From positions 24,098,299 to 24,162,298 of the forward strand of contig NC_134025.1 of NCBI RefSeq assembly GCF_964204645.1: DNA of 64,000 nt, read 5' to 3'. Source of the stretch: Tubulanus polymorphus (taxonomy: Eukaryota; Animalia; Nemertea). Under the pieces are notes generated by a model, which saw nothing but the letters and a program-made list of their open reading frames with translations, did not search any database and was not told the DNA's origin. Shown piece by piece: positions 53,479 to 64,000 of the stretch. Within the stretch, counting starts at the first letter, position 1, and each line of letters starts with the position of its first letter. A program made the position numbers and the translations under genes.

Positions 53479-56400
53479 ATGGGAGCCGGTTGCAGTGGGG
53501 GTCAACTGTCTTCTAGAAATGTGGAGAAAAGTGTCGTTAGTAAGTGTAATCAAATACCAACAATTAATAAATATGTCAATACCAATCAATTGAAAAGTAA
53601 CCCTTTATTGTGCTCTGAAATCTTCGATAACTTGTTTCTGAGCAATCAATAAAACAGATCAAAACTGTGTTTTTCAGATTCTCTCATTGAAAATATTCCT
53701 TCATTCAAGATTATTTTAGTTGGCAAGTATTATTTTATAAATTATAGGTAGTAAGCAGCCAGCCCATGATTATAATTTTAATTGAGCCATATTAATTGAT
53801 ATCTTTGATTGACAGGTGATCCTGAAGTTGGCAAGTCGAGCGTGTTTAAGCGATACATGAAAAATCAGTTTGATTCGACGTACGCCCCGAATAAACAAGT
53901 CAGTATCCATAACGTTGTACGGAAAATAAACATTCCTGAAAATACTGTTGTTGCCGTAACGATGTGGGATTTACCAGGGAGAGAAGATATGGACCTCAGG
54001 AAGACCTATTACAGAGATGCTGATGCTGCTATTGGTAAGAACAAGGTCTAAAGCTCGTTGCTAAGTTTTTAACTAGAATTTTTTTGTAAAACACAATTAC
54101 CTACTAATGGCAAAGCGAGCTGTTGCGCTCTTTTCATCTTTCATTCCGGATCTGTCTTATCGAGTATACCAGACCACATCCAAGTGATGGTATCCCAGGA
54201 CCCCTAGTAATCGAAAATAGAAGTGATGAATATACCATAGCAATAAACTAAGATCAAAATTTTAGATTTACTTCCTTGTGAAAACCAGTCCCTGTGTCTT
54301 AAACAATTTCTCATGTTTAAATCACAGAATGCAAATCTTTTTTAGTCGTCGTTGATATAACCGATATTGAGAGTATTGAAATGGCTGGAACATGGAAACA
54401 TGAAATTAGCAACAACGTTACGGTAAAACAGATCACTACAATAGTTGATGAGAATGGCCAAGAGACAAAGCAGACAAACTATGTAAAACCTCCATTAGGC
54501 TCAATACCGGTGATTCTTTTTGGAAATAAATACGACTTGGTGAGTGGAAAACCTTACATTGGTACAATTTAAAATGTCAAGTTACATTACTGACAGACTT
54601 ACCTCTTTCATATGGTTAAGTTGCTTATTTGTCTAAAAAAATTCATACTCTATAATACTACGATGCCATTGATACCTTTTTTATTGCGGGTGTTTAAGAA
54701 AACTCTAGTCAGCTCAGGTGAAATCTGACTTCAGCAGTAAGCCTACATAAAGATTGTCTGGAAGACAGCAGTGCAAAAAGATATAGTGTCTTTATTTTGT
54801 TTCAGATTGATCAATCGTCTTCTGAAGCAAAAGATGAAAATGAAGTAAAAGAAAAAATGTTGAAAGCTGAAGAAACATGCGATGCGAAAAATGCTGAATC
54901 GATAAAAGAAGACAAAATCGATGAAACTGATAAGCAAAATGACATCCTCGGCGTTACGAAAATTCCAGGTATCGATTGATATACAAACATCTCTTGTGAA
55001 CATCAACCAAATATGTACTCATTACTCGTTTACTCGTATAGTTTGAGTAAAATCTCGTTTTCATTGTCTTGAAGAGACGTACAGAAAAGATGGTAACGTG
55101 CCCGATGAGTTTTTCATCAACGATCCGTTAGAAAATTCAAAACTCGTCGAGAAGAATAACAACGTGAATCAAAATGCGGATTATGATGAAGATGAAAAGG
55201 CAGCGATTGAGGATGAACGGAAAGAAGAAAACCTTCCCGCGTGTGTTCAACTTTTACAAGAAATTGAAAAAGCCTATGGCTTTATATCGAGGTTATTAAA
55301 CACTGCGTGTCAAACCTTTTTTTAAAGCATATATTGACATCAATTCAAGTAAAACTAAACATTTTTTAATGTGTACACATTAATTGATTAGATGTCTGTA
55401 ATTTTTAGTTTTCACTGTTCTGCAAAAAGTGCTGAAGGTAATATCGATATTGCGGTTCAAGCGCTTATTAGACACCTTCTACGCAAGAAGGGGACATTTG
55501 CAAGTTTCGACAAAAAGAAAACTTCACAAGAAAGCGGAGAAAAACTTACAATTATCAACGACAACCACAACAAACGTGTCAATGCGAAGCCTCAACGAAA
55601 ACTACAAAACAGAGTTATCGATCTGGAAAATGTTGGAATAACAGAGGTTAGAAGAGCATGTGCTAGTTTATTGCTGCATTATGTATCATTATTGGAATGT
55701 TAAAGCCATGTAAATTTTCTTGATAATTAGATCATAATTTTTCAAATTTCATTTTCAGTTGGATGATCTGTTTGTTCAGTGTCACGTCCCGTTGGAAATG
55801 GCAGTCAAATTCAAGAAAAATTTGAAACGATCTTTAAAATATTTCAAACAAGAGTGCCTTTTGATGGGTGTAGTTGATGATGAACACTGCAGCTTGGAGG
55901 ATTGTATTTTCTCGCTTCGAACTATGCTTGGTGATGAAAAACTTCTCATTGTAATTACTTTGTACATTATATATTTCCCTTAGCAGAATCTATATCAGAA
56001 CAAGAACTTATCAACTTCAGAAAGTAAAATGGTAATTATTGCGTTTTGGTTTCGTGAAATTTACATGTATGTTTTTGTTCACACAGGCGAATGAAGGTGA
56101 CAATTTCATAAAATTAGAAGTTCATGGTTTGACGGAAGAACTCGATGATAATATTCAGAAAGTTTTGTCTCATTTTAATGATAAGGTAATTTTCTCGCTT
56201 TTAGAAAAGCTAATCTTCGATGTTTAAAGCTGCTACTGTCGAATTCAGTTCACGATAAGGACAACAGTTTATATACCGTATATATACACTATAATTCAGC
56301 GTATTTTACTAGTTTTCTGTATGTATTTCAGTTTGGCATGGTTTGTCAGACGATCTTACGCGATAGTCCCGCTGTAAGTTGCTTCCTCGAAAAAACACAC

Positions 56401-56634
56401 AATCTCATCAAAGTACGTGGAGAAGAAATCATTGAAAATTATACTAACATGTCAGCAGATGATACCGACCAACAACAACAGCAACAACGTTGTGCAAAAC
56501 CAAATATTGCAGCTTTAGTCAGAAAGATCGACGCTAATCGAGCGAAAATCATGCATGCGCAGGAACTTATTCATCTAAATGTCGAACAAGTTGAAAAGAC
56601 TGCGAAAAAAGTACAGACCTCATTGATGTGGTAG
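53479..56634 (+). CDS. Atypical Rab/Ras-like small GTPase with N-terminal acylation motif, long acidic insertion and C-terminal helical extension, 10 exons, 576 aa
   Basis: Exons: 53479-53539, 53678-53722, 53816-54034, 54346-54539, 54806-54968, 55075-55291, 55409-55646, 55759-55950, 56087-56185, 56332-56634. Total 1731 nt, in frame. G1 KIILVGDPEVGKS, G3 WDLPG, Rab-like YYRDADAAIVVVDIT, G4 GNKYD, G5 CSAK. Begins MGAGCS. Confidence 0.85.
53723..53815 (+). other. GC-AG intron in the Rab-like gene
   Basis: Only the donor G|GCAAGT gives the phase needed to build KIILV-G-DPEVGKS. Nearby GT dinucleotides give the wrong phase. Confidence 0.8.
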
Positions 56635-57666
56635 GTTAGGAACAACAGATATGTCGTTATATCACGTTTAGTCGTTTAGTAGTAGAACGGAATCTTTGAG
56701 CATGTTTAGGCCTTATAATGGATGTTTCTCAAGTCATGCATTACTGGCTGTTGACTCAACTGATTCCACCAGATGGCGATTGGTTGTTTCATTTTGATAA
56801 ATTTTATGGCATGAAATTCTATTATGGGACTTTTTCGTCTATACAAAGGAAGATATTTTACTGTTTGTGATCAGTAAGAGAATTTATCTTTGTATGCGAG
56901 GCTGCAAGTTCAATTCTTGTTGACACTTACAAAATGCACACGAAGCAAAATGATTGAGAATAATTCTAATTGGGAAGAATATGGTAGTAGTCTATCTTCT
57001 ATTGTTTAGTTCATTTAGTATTACTTACCTCTGTCAAGAAATTAATAGCGAAAATCAAAATGAATGGGTATTCTATTAGTAACCGTACAATGATTGTGCA
57101 ATAATTTCTATTTTACACGCAGTTTAATATGCATAAGTTTTTTTAAAGTATTATGCAGCATCTTTATGATTATTGGATGGCTTTATGAAACTGTACGGTG
57201 CGCTCATGTTTATGAGGTTAGTTCATTGAAATTTTGTTCAAATTCGATAAGAATCGTGTTCCATTTCTGATTGAATCTACATTAGTATTTTATCGTGTAT
57301 CGTTATGAAAACTGCTGATTATTTATGTATTTATTAAAATGATCTCTTGTTGATTACTGCTGATCAATGATAACAATAAGCATAGTTTTATAGACTTTAT
57401 CTTTATAAAAAAAACTGTTGATCAGTTGATGCAAATATTTCTGTAGTAAATGTATAGTAGATGATTACCAAGTTGAGCTGGTTTCACTTGATTAAAAATT
57501 GGTGATTAAATAAATTGATTATATTCAATGAATCATTGTTTTCCGTTTTTGACTTGGGGATTCCAATGGTTCGAGGAAAAGGCATGCCTTTTTTCGATGT
57601 ACGAATGAGTGAATATGAAATAAACAAAAGGAAGGATCAATGCTGCAGTATATATATTGCTACGAA

Positions 57667-60600
57667 CTAAGGACAGGCTTGTTCATTACACGCTAACGAT
57701 GAAGTGCTCGATCCGATGATACAGTCGATACCACCTCTGGCAGGTGAAGGATTAGTACACGTACGGGTTCGAGTTCGGGTCCCTCCACCACACGTTGCTG
57801 TACATTTGCTGTACGCTGACCACGTTGACCAATATCCCTCCATTGGACCTAGAAATAGGCAGAATCAATAGAAACTAAATAGACAACTGTGTCCTCTGAA
57901 AGATGATTTAGAACTTTGTTGTTGAATGTTTCGATTGATAGCAATATGATTTCGAAATTTCCGCTCACTTGGCCGACACTTTTCAATCTACCATGCAATC
58001 GTAGTTAATTTGTACAAATTGGAGAAAACCGAAAATATCAACAATTATATATGTATCATCAAGACCCGATTTTTCATTTGAATGTCGAGACATTCTATAG
58101 CTAAGATCTATGCATTTGAATAAAATTGTTCTTCATTTGTTACCGTTCCCGAGTTGGTATACGTCAACGGCGGAATCGGTCCCAGTTCCGCCACCTGTGC
58201 AATCATCTGATGGTTCAAACAATGTGTGAAGGGCAACACTGTAACCGGCGTAGCAGTAACCGTCAAATCTTAACAAAGCGTACTGATAACCGAGCGCTTC
58301 GTTAGCTAAAACACATTTCTGAAAAAGGAGGAGTAATGTTCTAGAATAGTTTTCACCAAGAATCATTTGGTTTTTTTTCGTGACGAAAAGAAGAATCATA
58401 ATTATCTCGTTTATAGTAGATACGTAGGTCAATGTTCCAATTTTTCAAAAGTAAATTTCATTGTCAATGGTTACCTCAATCTTGTTCGTTCGATTCTTGT
58501 AATATTCTTCCAGGTGCTTGCGGTTGTCTTCCAAACTTTCCATAATGTCCATCAGTTCATCATCCCAGCAACCAGCCCATGTATACGCCACTGAAACCGA
58601 CATTCTTAATGTGCAAGGATTTTTGAAATGAAAATGATTGAAGACATTGTTTTTCTTCGCACATATATACCTGATGTTGGACAAGCCTCGGTCATGCAAT
58701 TCTCCGTCTCACTTGACGACCCGCTGCATGGTTGACCCTGTAGTCCAGGAACTGGGTTATCGCATTGTCTGCTTCTCTGACGAGAGCCGCCTCCACAAGT
58801 TTTTGTGCATTTTGTCCACGATCCCCAACTTCCCCAGTTACCGTCTACAACCAAATGATTTAATGATTTAAGTAATGATTTTCGTTAATCAACCGAAAAA
58901 ACTGCAGTTTCTTTTAATCGAATAAGTGCCACGTAAGTGTGAATTTTACCTTCATCGCAGTTGTACAAACGACGTATTTCTTTGATATCGAGATCACTGG
59001 GTCCATCACGTTGGCCAATCGAATCAAGAGTAGTCTCTTTTAGAGGAATCAGTGTCATCACTGATCGGTCGATGCCAAACGCATATAAACTGTAGTGCAT
59101 AACGCTATTGTAATCGTACTCAAACCCATTCGTGACTGAGTCTCCTTTCTTTTCGAAGTTTACTTCAGCTCCTATATAAAGATGGAGAAATTCTTCCACT
59201 TCTAGCTACCGTCTTAGCCTTATAACTAAGATCGATTGTATGAGTTCCATAATGGGAAATGGAGGGATGAATATACAATCTAATCTCTTTTTTAAGGCTT
59301 GCAGTTTGCGCTTTAAGAAAGCAGCCCTTTAACTGAATACAATGATTATACCTGGTTTAAGGTTATCTAGATTCACTTTCACGTATTCATCCCTATCCGG
59401 GCGAACGTGCTCGTGCCAAAATCCCATCGCGTGCATCAGCTCGTGCTGCACGGTTCCTGCGTAGAATAAACAATCCGGATGTAGGTTCATTTCTTGTCCA
59501 CCCTCGGTTCGCAAATTCTCAAAATCCGTCTGTCGTCCAACATAAGACCAACACCTGAAGAAAAAGGTGGCGGAGAGAGTTCTGCACGACTGTTATTGAT
59601 CTCAGTTAATGAGCAAAACCCACAGTTGATGATAACACAATTTATTTTGTCAGTTTCGTAGTTTTGACTAAACTTCATCATCAGAGAAACAACAAAAAAA
59701 GAATATGTGTTTTGTTCACTAAGAGGTCTGCATTTTCATCGAAATTTGAATTTAAAAGATACATTAAACATTCTAATACTGGATACATACGCGTAAAGAT
59801 CGCCTTTTATGTAAATATAATGTTTTTCGTCCGTTCTTTCGACGAATTTAACACATGTTTTGGTGTGGAAGAATTCCATATAGCTCTTTATTAACTGTTT
59901 GTCGTATGATGCTGAAAACAAAAATATTTTTTCTTTTGTCAAAATTTCATTGCAATTAAAACTGGTATCATAACGGTCAATTAGGACTTACCCATTTCTG
60001 GACTAAAGGTGTATGGAATGATACCATTTGGCCATCGATATGTTTCTCCGATCAGTGCACTCCTCTTCACGTGTGTACTAAATAAAGGGTATGAATTTTC
60101 ACTATGATGATATTAGTTGAATTGAAGTTGAAGTTTGTAAACGAAATTAAATCAAAACCTTCTTTCTATTCTTCTGATAGGGGGTATATCTCTCTTGTTG
60201 GTTTTCTTCCGGCTGCGGAAGCGTTCTCTTCGATGGATAGCATTCTGTACCTCCTTTGGATTGTTCGGATCCTTTCCATCATCGAGAGCCAATTTCTGAC
60301 CGGGTGTTAGTTTGATATCCATCTCGAAAAGTCCAGCCATTCCTTAAGCATACATGAGTACATGAGAGATTATTCAAACGGAGAACAAAAGGCGAGATTT
60401 AATGCGAAAAGTTCGAATAATTCACCAAGTTTCTCGTTTATTTTCTCCAAGCGATCGAGCGATTGTTTTTGCTTTTTCATTTTTTCTTTAATTTTCCTGC
60501 GTTTTTCAATTCTAGCATTCATTTCTTCCACCACTCTTTTATCCTCTGTTAATAATAAAGCAGCTTCCGGTGATTTGTGTGAGAAATAGTACATAATTTC

Positions 60601-62658
60601 TATTTCCGATTAAGACGGCCAATCATCGTATAGGTTTACGGTTCCCCTGCTCGTGAGATAAACGAATTTTCACTTACTAGGAGTATCCAACTCACAAAGA
60701 AATTTTAGTTTCTTTTCGCAATCGACTTTTTTTAATTTCATGTTGCTACCTAATGCCATACAATGGCCTTCCGAGATGCCTTCATCCAAATACTTCCAAA
60801 TAGACTAAAATCAACAGACAGCTAGCAATAACATGTGTTTTATCTTCCTGTCAAACATATTCAAAATATCACAATATAGGAAAAGTTCTTGGCAAAAAAA
60901 GGACTATTTTCGCAGCTGTCGATGGCTAAAAGTCGACCTCAAGTTCAATTTTGTTTTGTCTATTGCCCAAGAATTTATTCATTAAACTTAGACTTCAACT
61001 GAACTAAGCATAAGCAAGATCTATTGAATCTTAAGGATCGATTTCATTCAATTTCCTGTTCGTCAAGAGCTATTTTCATTATGAAATATCGCGAAATAAT
61101 CAATCAAATAGATTTTTCGAATCGGATATTTACCCATCTGCTCGATTGATCGACCACGGAATCATCGACCCATTTGAACAATCCAGTTTCATTGCGCAAA
61201 CCTATCCAAACATCGCCATGTGACGACAATTCATGTTTTTCCTTCTTTCCTTTGTGCGCCCTGAAATTCAAAATCACTTTTCACACAAGATATTAGGATG
61301 ATTTCAAATCATACATATATTCCCATACTTATTGAAATATTTACACACAATAAGCCAAACACTCGCCAAGTGTACAGTAATCTCAAATCTGAGTTAACTC
61401 TATAGACAATGAACTGATTTTACCTCAGGGTTAACTCTAACTCACAACTGTGGAACTGGATCCAGGGAACCATGTTTCTCGTAAAACGCGCACGACACAG
61501 GAAAACCTGTCTCCCTCCAGTTTCCGTGTTTTCCCTTCGCCGTTGAGCGTACGTTGGGCTTAAATTAGCTTTAGGGAAATGTAATGTACGACCACATACC
61601 TAGTTTTATCTTCTAAATGGGGTTTTATTTTTTTGAAATCGAAAAGTCGTTTGATCACCGCTAATTGTCCATTCTTTTCGCATTCCGCTTTCGCCTGATG
61701 CCAGGTTTTTCTTTTCGCCGGCAGCCTATAACATTTATCTCCTACCGCGAAACCATTTCTTTTGCAATCACTTGCAGCTACAATAAATTGATTAATTGAA
61801 AATGTGATGCATTCTTTTGAAATGCATTGTTTTGATCTTAAAATAGCGGTTGTAATTTATTTGTTATTCATTTGGTTGGTGAATTTCGTTTGATGTTTTA
61901 ATTGAGTGTCCCTTACAGACCCACCACACCTACCGGGAGCGAAACAGGGGGTTTTATTTTGAAATCGAAAATCGAAGTACAGATATAGTTTTGTGATCGG
62001 CGGTCGAGTATACATAATTTTTTGTTTAAATTGAAGTACATAATTGGGAAATTCGGATGTTAGCGTATGCAAGACACGATACCAGCGTTATCCATATGCT
62101 GGAATTTCAAAGGGGCTGCATTCATTGTCAAGTGTCGTGGCGGCTCAAGTATCAAGACTTCCGATTTCGATCCCCAAGAATATAGGAAATTTAAGCTAAA
62201 TTTTGGTGTAATCTTCTATTTTTTTCACAGTAGATCAATATGTTTCAAAGCAATTATCAACATTGATATAATCTTGACATCCAGACTGGAAGAAGGGGGC
62301 AGAAGAAGGGGCAGAAGATATTTTGTAAAGGGTGGCTGAGTTTCCGAGTGTTGATGTGAAAATGAAAGGGGTGCCGGCCACCCCGCTAAAACCTGTTGTG
62401 GAGAACACTGCAATTACACCAAAAATTTGAGTTTAACTTTTTTGTGAAACTGAGCCCAGGATACCAATCATTATACTTTTTCAGTTTCTTGCATTAATTT
62501 TTCTTTTCAAGGAAAGAAGAAAAAGTAAAATACAACTTGCCTTCTGTCGTAGCTATTTTAATCGGGACATTTCTGTCGTGGGCTAAATCACGATGGCGAC
62601 CACTTCCAACTTTTAACAAAGCGAAACATAAACAAAGCAATACCCATGTAACTTTCAT
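57667..62658 (-). CDS. Secreted astacin-family (M12A) zinc metalloprotease: signal peptide, C-type lectin, propeptide, astacin, TSP1, WSC-like, TSP1; 14 exons, ~710 aa
   Basis: Exons on the minus strand: 62658-62541, 61777-61600, 61260-61134, 60804-60678, 60545-60426 (acceptor uncertain), 60342-60159, 60077-59992, 59911-59791, 59554-59352, 59171-58950, 58844-58671, 58590-58475, 58318-58144, 57848-57667 (TAG). Signal peptide MKVTWVLLCLCFALL. CTL motifs KCYRL..TWHQAKAEC, VWIGL..FKWVD, FLCE. Propeptide GLFEMDIKL. Mature region KR|SAL..RWPNGIIPY, zinc site HELMHAMGFWHEHVRPDRD, Met-turn YDYNSVMHY. Two TSP1 repeats (WGSWTKCTKTCGGG and WSAYSKCTATCGGG). Confidence 0.9.
61778..62540 (-). other. GC-AG first intron of the astacin gene
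   Basis: Donor AAG|GCAAGT in phase 1 joins the signal-peptide exon to the C-type lectin exon. The adjacent GT is in the wrong phase. Confidence 0.7.
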
Positions 62659-64000
62659 GTCGACTCGACTCAAAGTTGCAGACGATAAAAACTAATTTCA
62701 ATTCTGTCCACCTTTTATAGGGAATGTTTTTTTAGCAATAACTATCAATCTAAATGCTGACAAAGCGTATCAAAATTCTTTATTACTATCAGCCGCTTAT
62801 TTGCTCGACAAATTTCCACTTCGATATGAATTGTTCAGCGCGAAAAATTTGGCACGTTCCTCGCGACGAGAATAATTCATCGAGTTGTAAAGCACGTAAA
62901 CTGATATTTCATCGATAAAATGCAACCGAAATATAACCATACTTTTTAAAAAAAGGCATATGTTTTATATATACATATTGCAGCTCGGATGCAAAACAAA
63001 TGGTTGTCAAATATTTAACCCACATGTGTTTAGAATTTGAGAGTTTTATGTTCAAGTATATATCGATTTGTATGTAGATCAATGATTGTATTTTGCATGT
63101 AGAGTACCAACAGACTTATAAAAAGTATCAGTCCACTTTTAAGACAATCTTAAAAACTCTCCAGATTCTTCTACCTGAAATTAAATGAATTGTTAGTTGT
63201 GCGTTTGTTTAATAGAAATTACCATGTCATCCGAGATTCCAGTTAGTAAACCCAGATTTTTCACTATTGTTTGAATTTATGGTAGAATAGCCACCAATAA
63301 ACGTGGAGAACAGATGATAAGATAAAAATCCACAATATACAGATTTGAAACTTTTGAATCTGTACATAGTGGATTTTCATCTAATTGTTTGAACTTAATT
63401 CCATTCCATTGCAAGATATAATCCGAATTCAAAGTAGACAATAGAATTGTTTGTATTTCCTCTCCAGATTAGACACTTCATTTAAAAACAAAAACATCAG
63501 ATTCCTCATGTTGTCTGATTTTTATTCTATATTGACTAGATTTGAAATGGTCAAGTAGACAATGCAACATTATAGTCTTCATGATTTACTTCATCAGATA
63601 GACTGGACGGTAAACAATAGATAACTCATCATTTGTTTATGACTAAAACTCATCATTTACATGTATTCATGACTAGATTGACTGTTACACCACTTATGGA
63701 ACAGAAATACTTAAATTTTACATGACAAGATTTGATATTTGTCTTTAACGTAAATATAGACTTCAATAATGTTTCGTTTACGTTTACAGAAACATTTGAA
63801 TTATATTTCATCACAAGATTCGATATTTTGTACTATATTTGAAGCACACAGTGGCAGTTTCCTGCACGGAAGCGTCTGGAGTTTCAAAACTAAGAATAAA
63901 CCTTGACTGTTTTCTACATCTAACTAATGCATTTTGAGATTCATTCTGATTTGCATTCAAATGTGTATCCCGGACACTTCCGTACTAGTGGGATTTCAAA

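Noticed and set aside
57965-57990. Possible micro-exon in the last astacin intron
   Set aside because: It introduces a stop in the required phase; direct splicing 58144^57848 is already in frame.
1-64000. Prokaryotic-style systems (operons, CRISPR arrays, defence islands), tRNA or rRNA genes
   Set aside because: The sequence is spliceosomal-intron-containing eukaryotic DNA. No repeat-spacer array, tRNA cloverleaf or rRNA signature was recognised by eye.

Overview
AT-rich, intron-rich animal (invertebrate-like) genomic DNA, not prokaryotic, so most entries in the ORF track are spurious or are exon fragments. Four spliced genes can be assembled by hand with consistent intron phases. (1) Galactose mutarotase GALM on the minus strand (44222->7281, 8 exons, 338 aa), with a ~23-kb intron. 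(2) hnRNP L/smooth on the plus strand (44565-51868, 16 exons, 599 aa), head-to-head with GALM. (3) An atypical N-acylated Rab-like GTPase (53479-56634, 10 exons, 576 aa). (4) A secreted C-type-lectin/astacin/TSP1/WSC-like/TSP1 metalloprotease on the minus strand (62658->57667, 14 exons, ~710 aa). The most notable signals are at the RNA level: a U12 AT-AC intron in hnRNP L; a candidate poison exon in a CA-rich hnRNP L intron; a probable upstream hnRNP L isoform whose exons lie antisense inside GALM introns; a complete Penelope-type minimal hammerhead ribozyme motif in the large GALM intron; and two GC-AG introns. Several MITE families are scattered through the introns. All gene models come from manual reading; no database search or RNA evidence was available.
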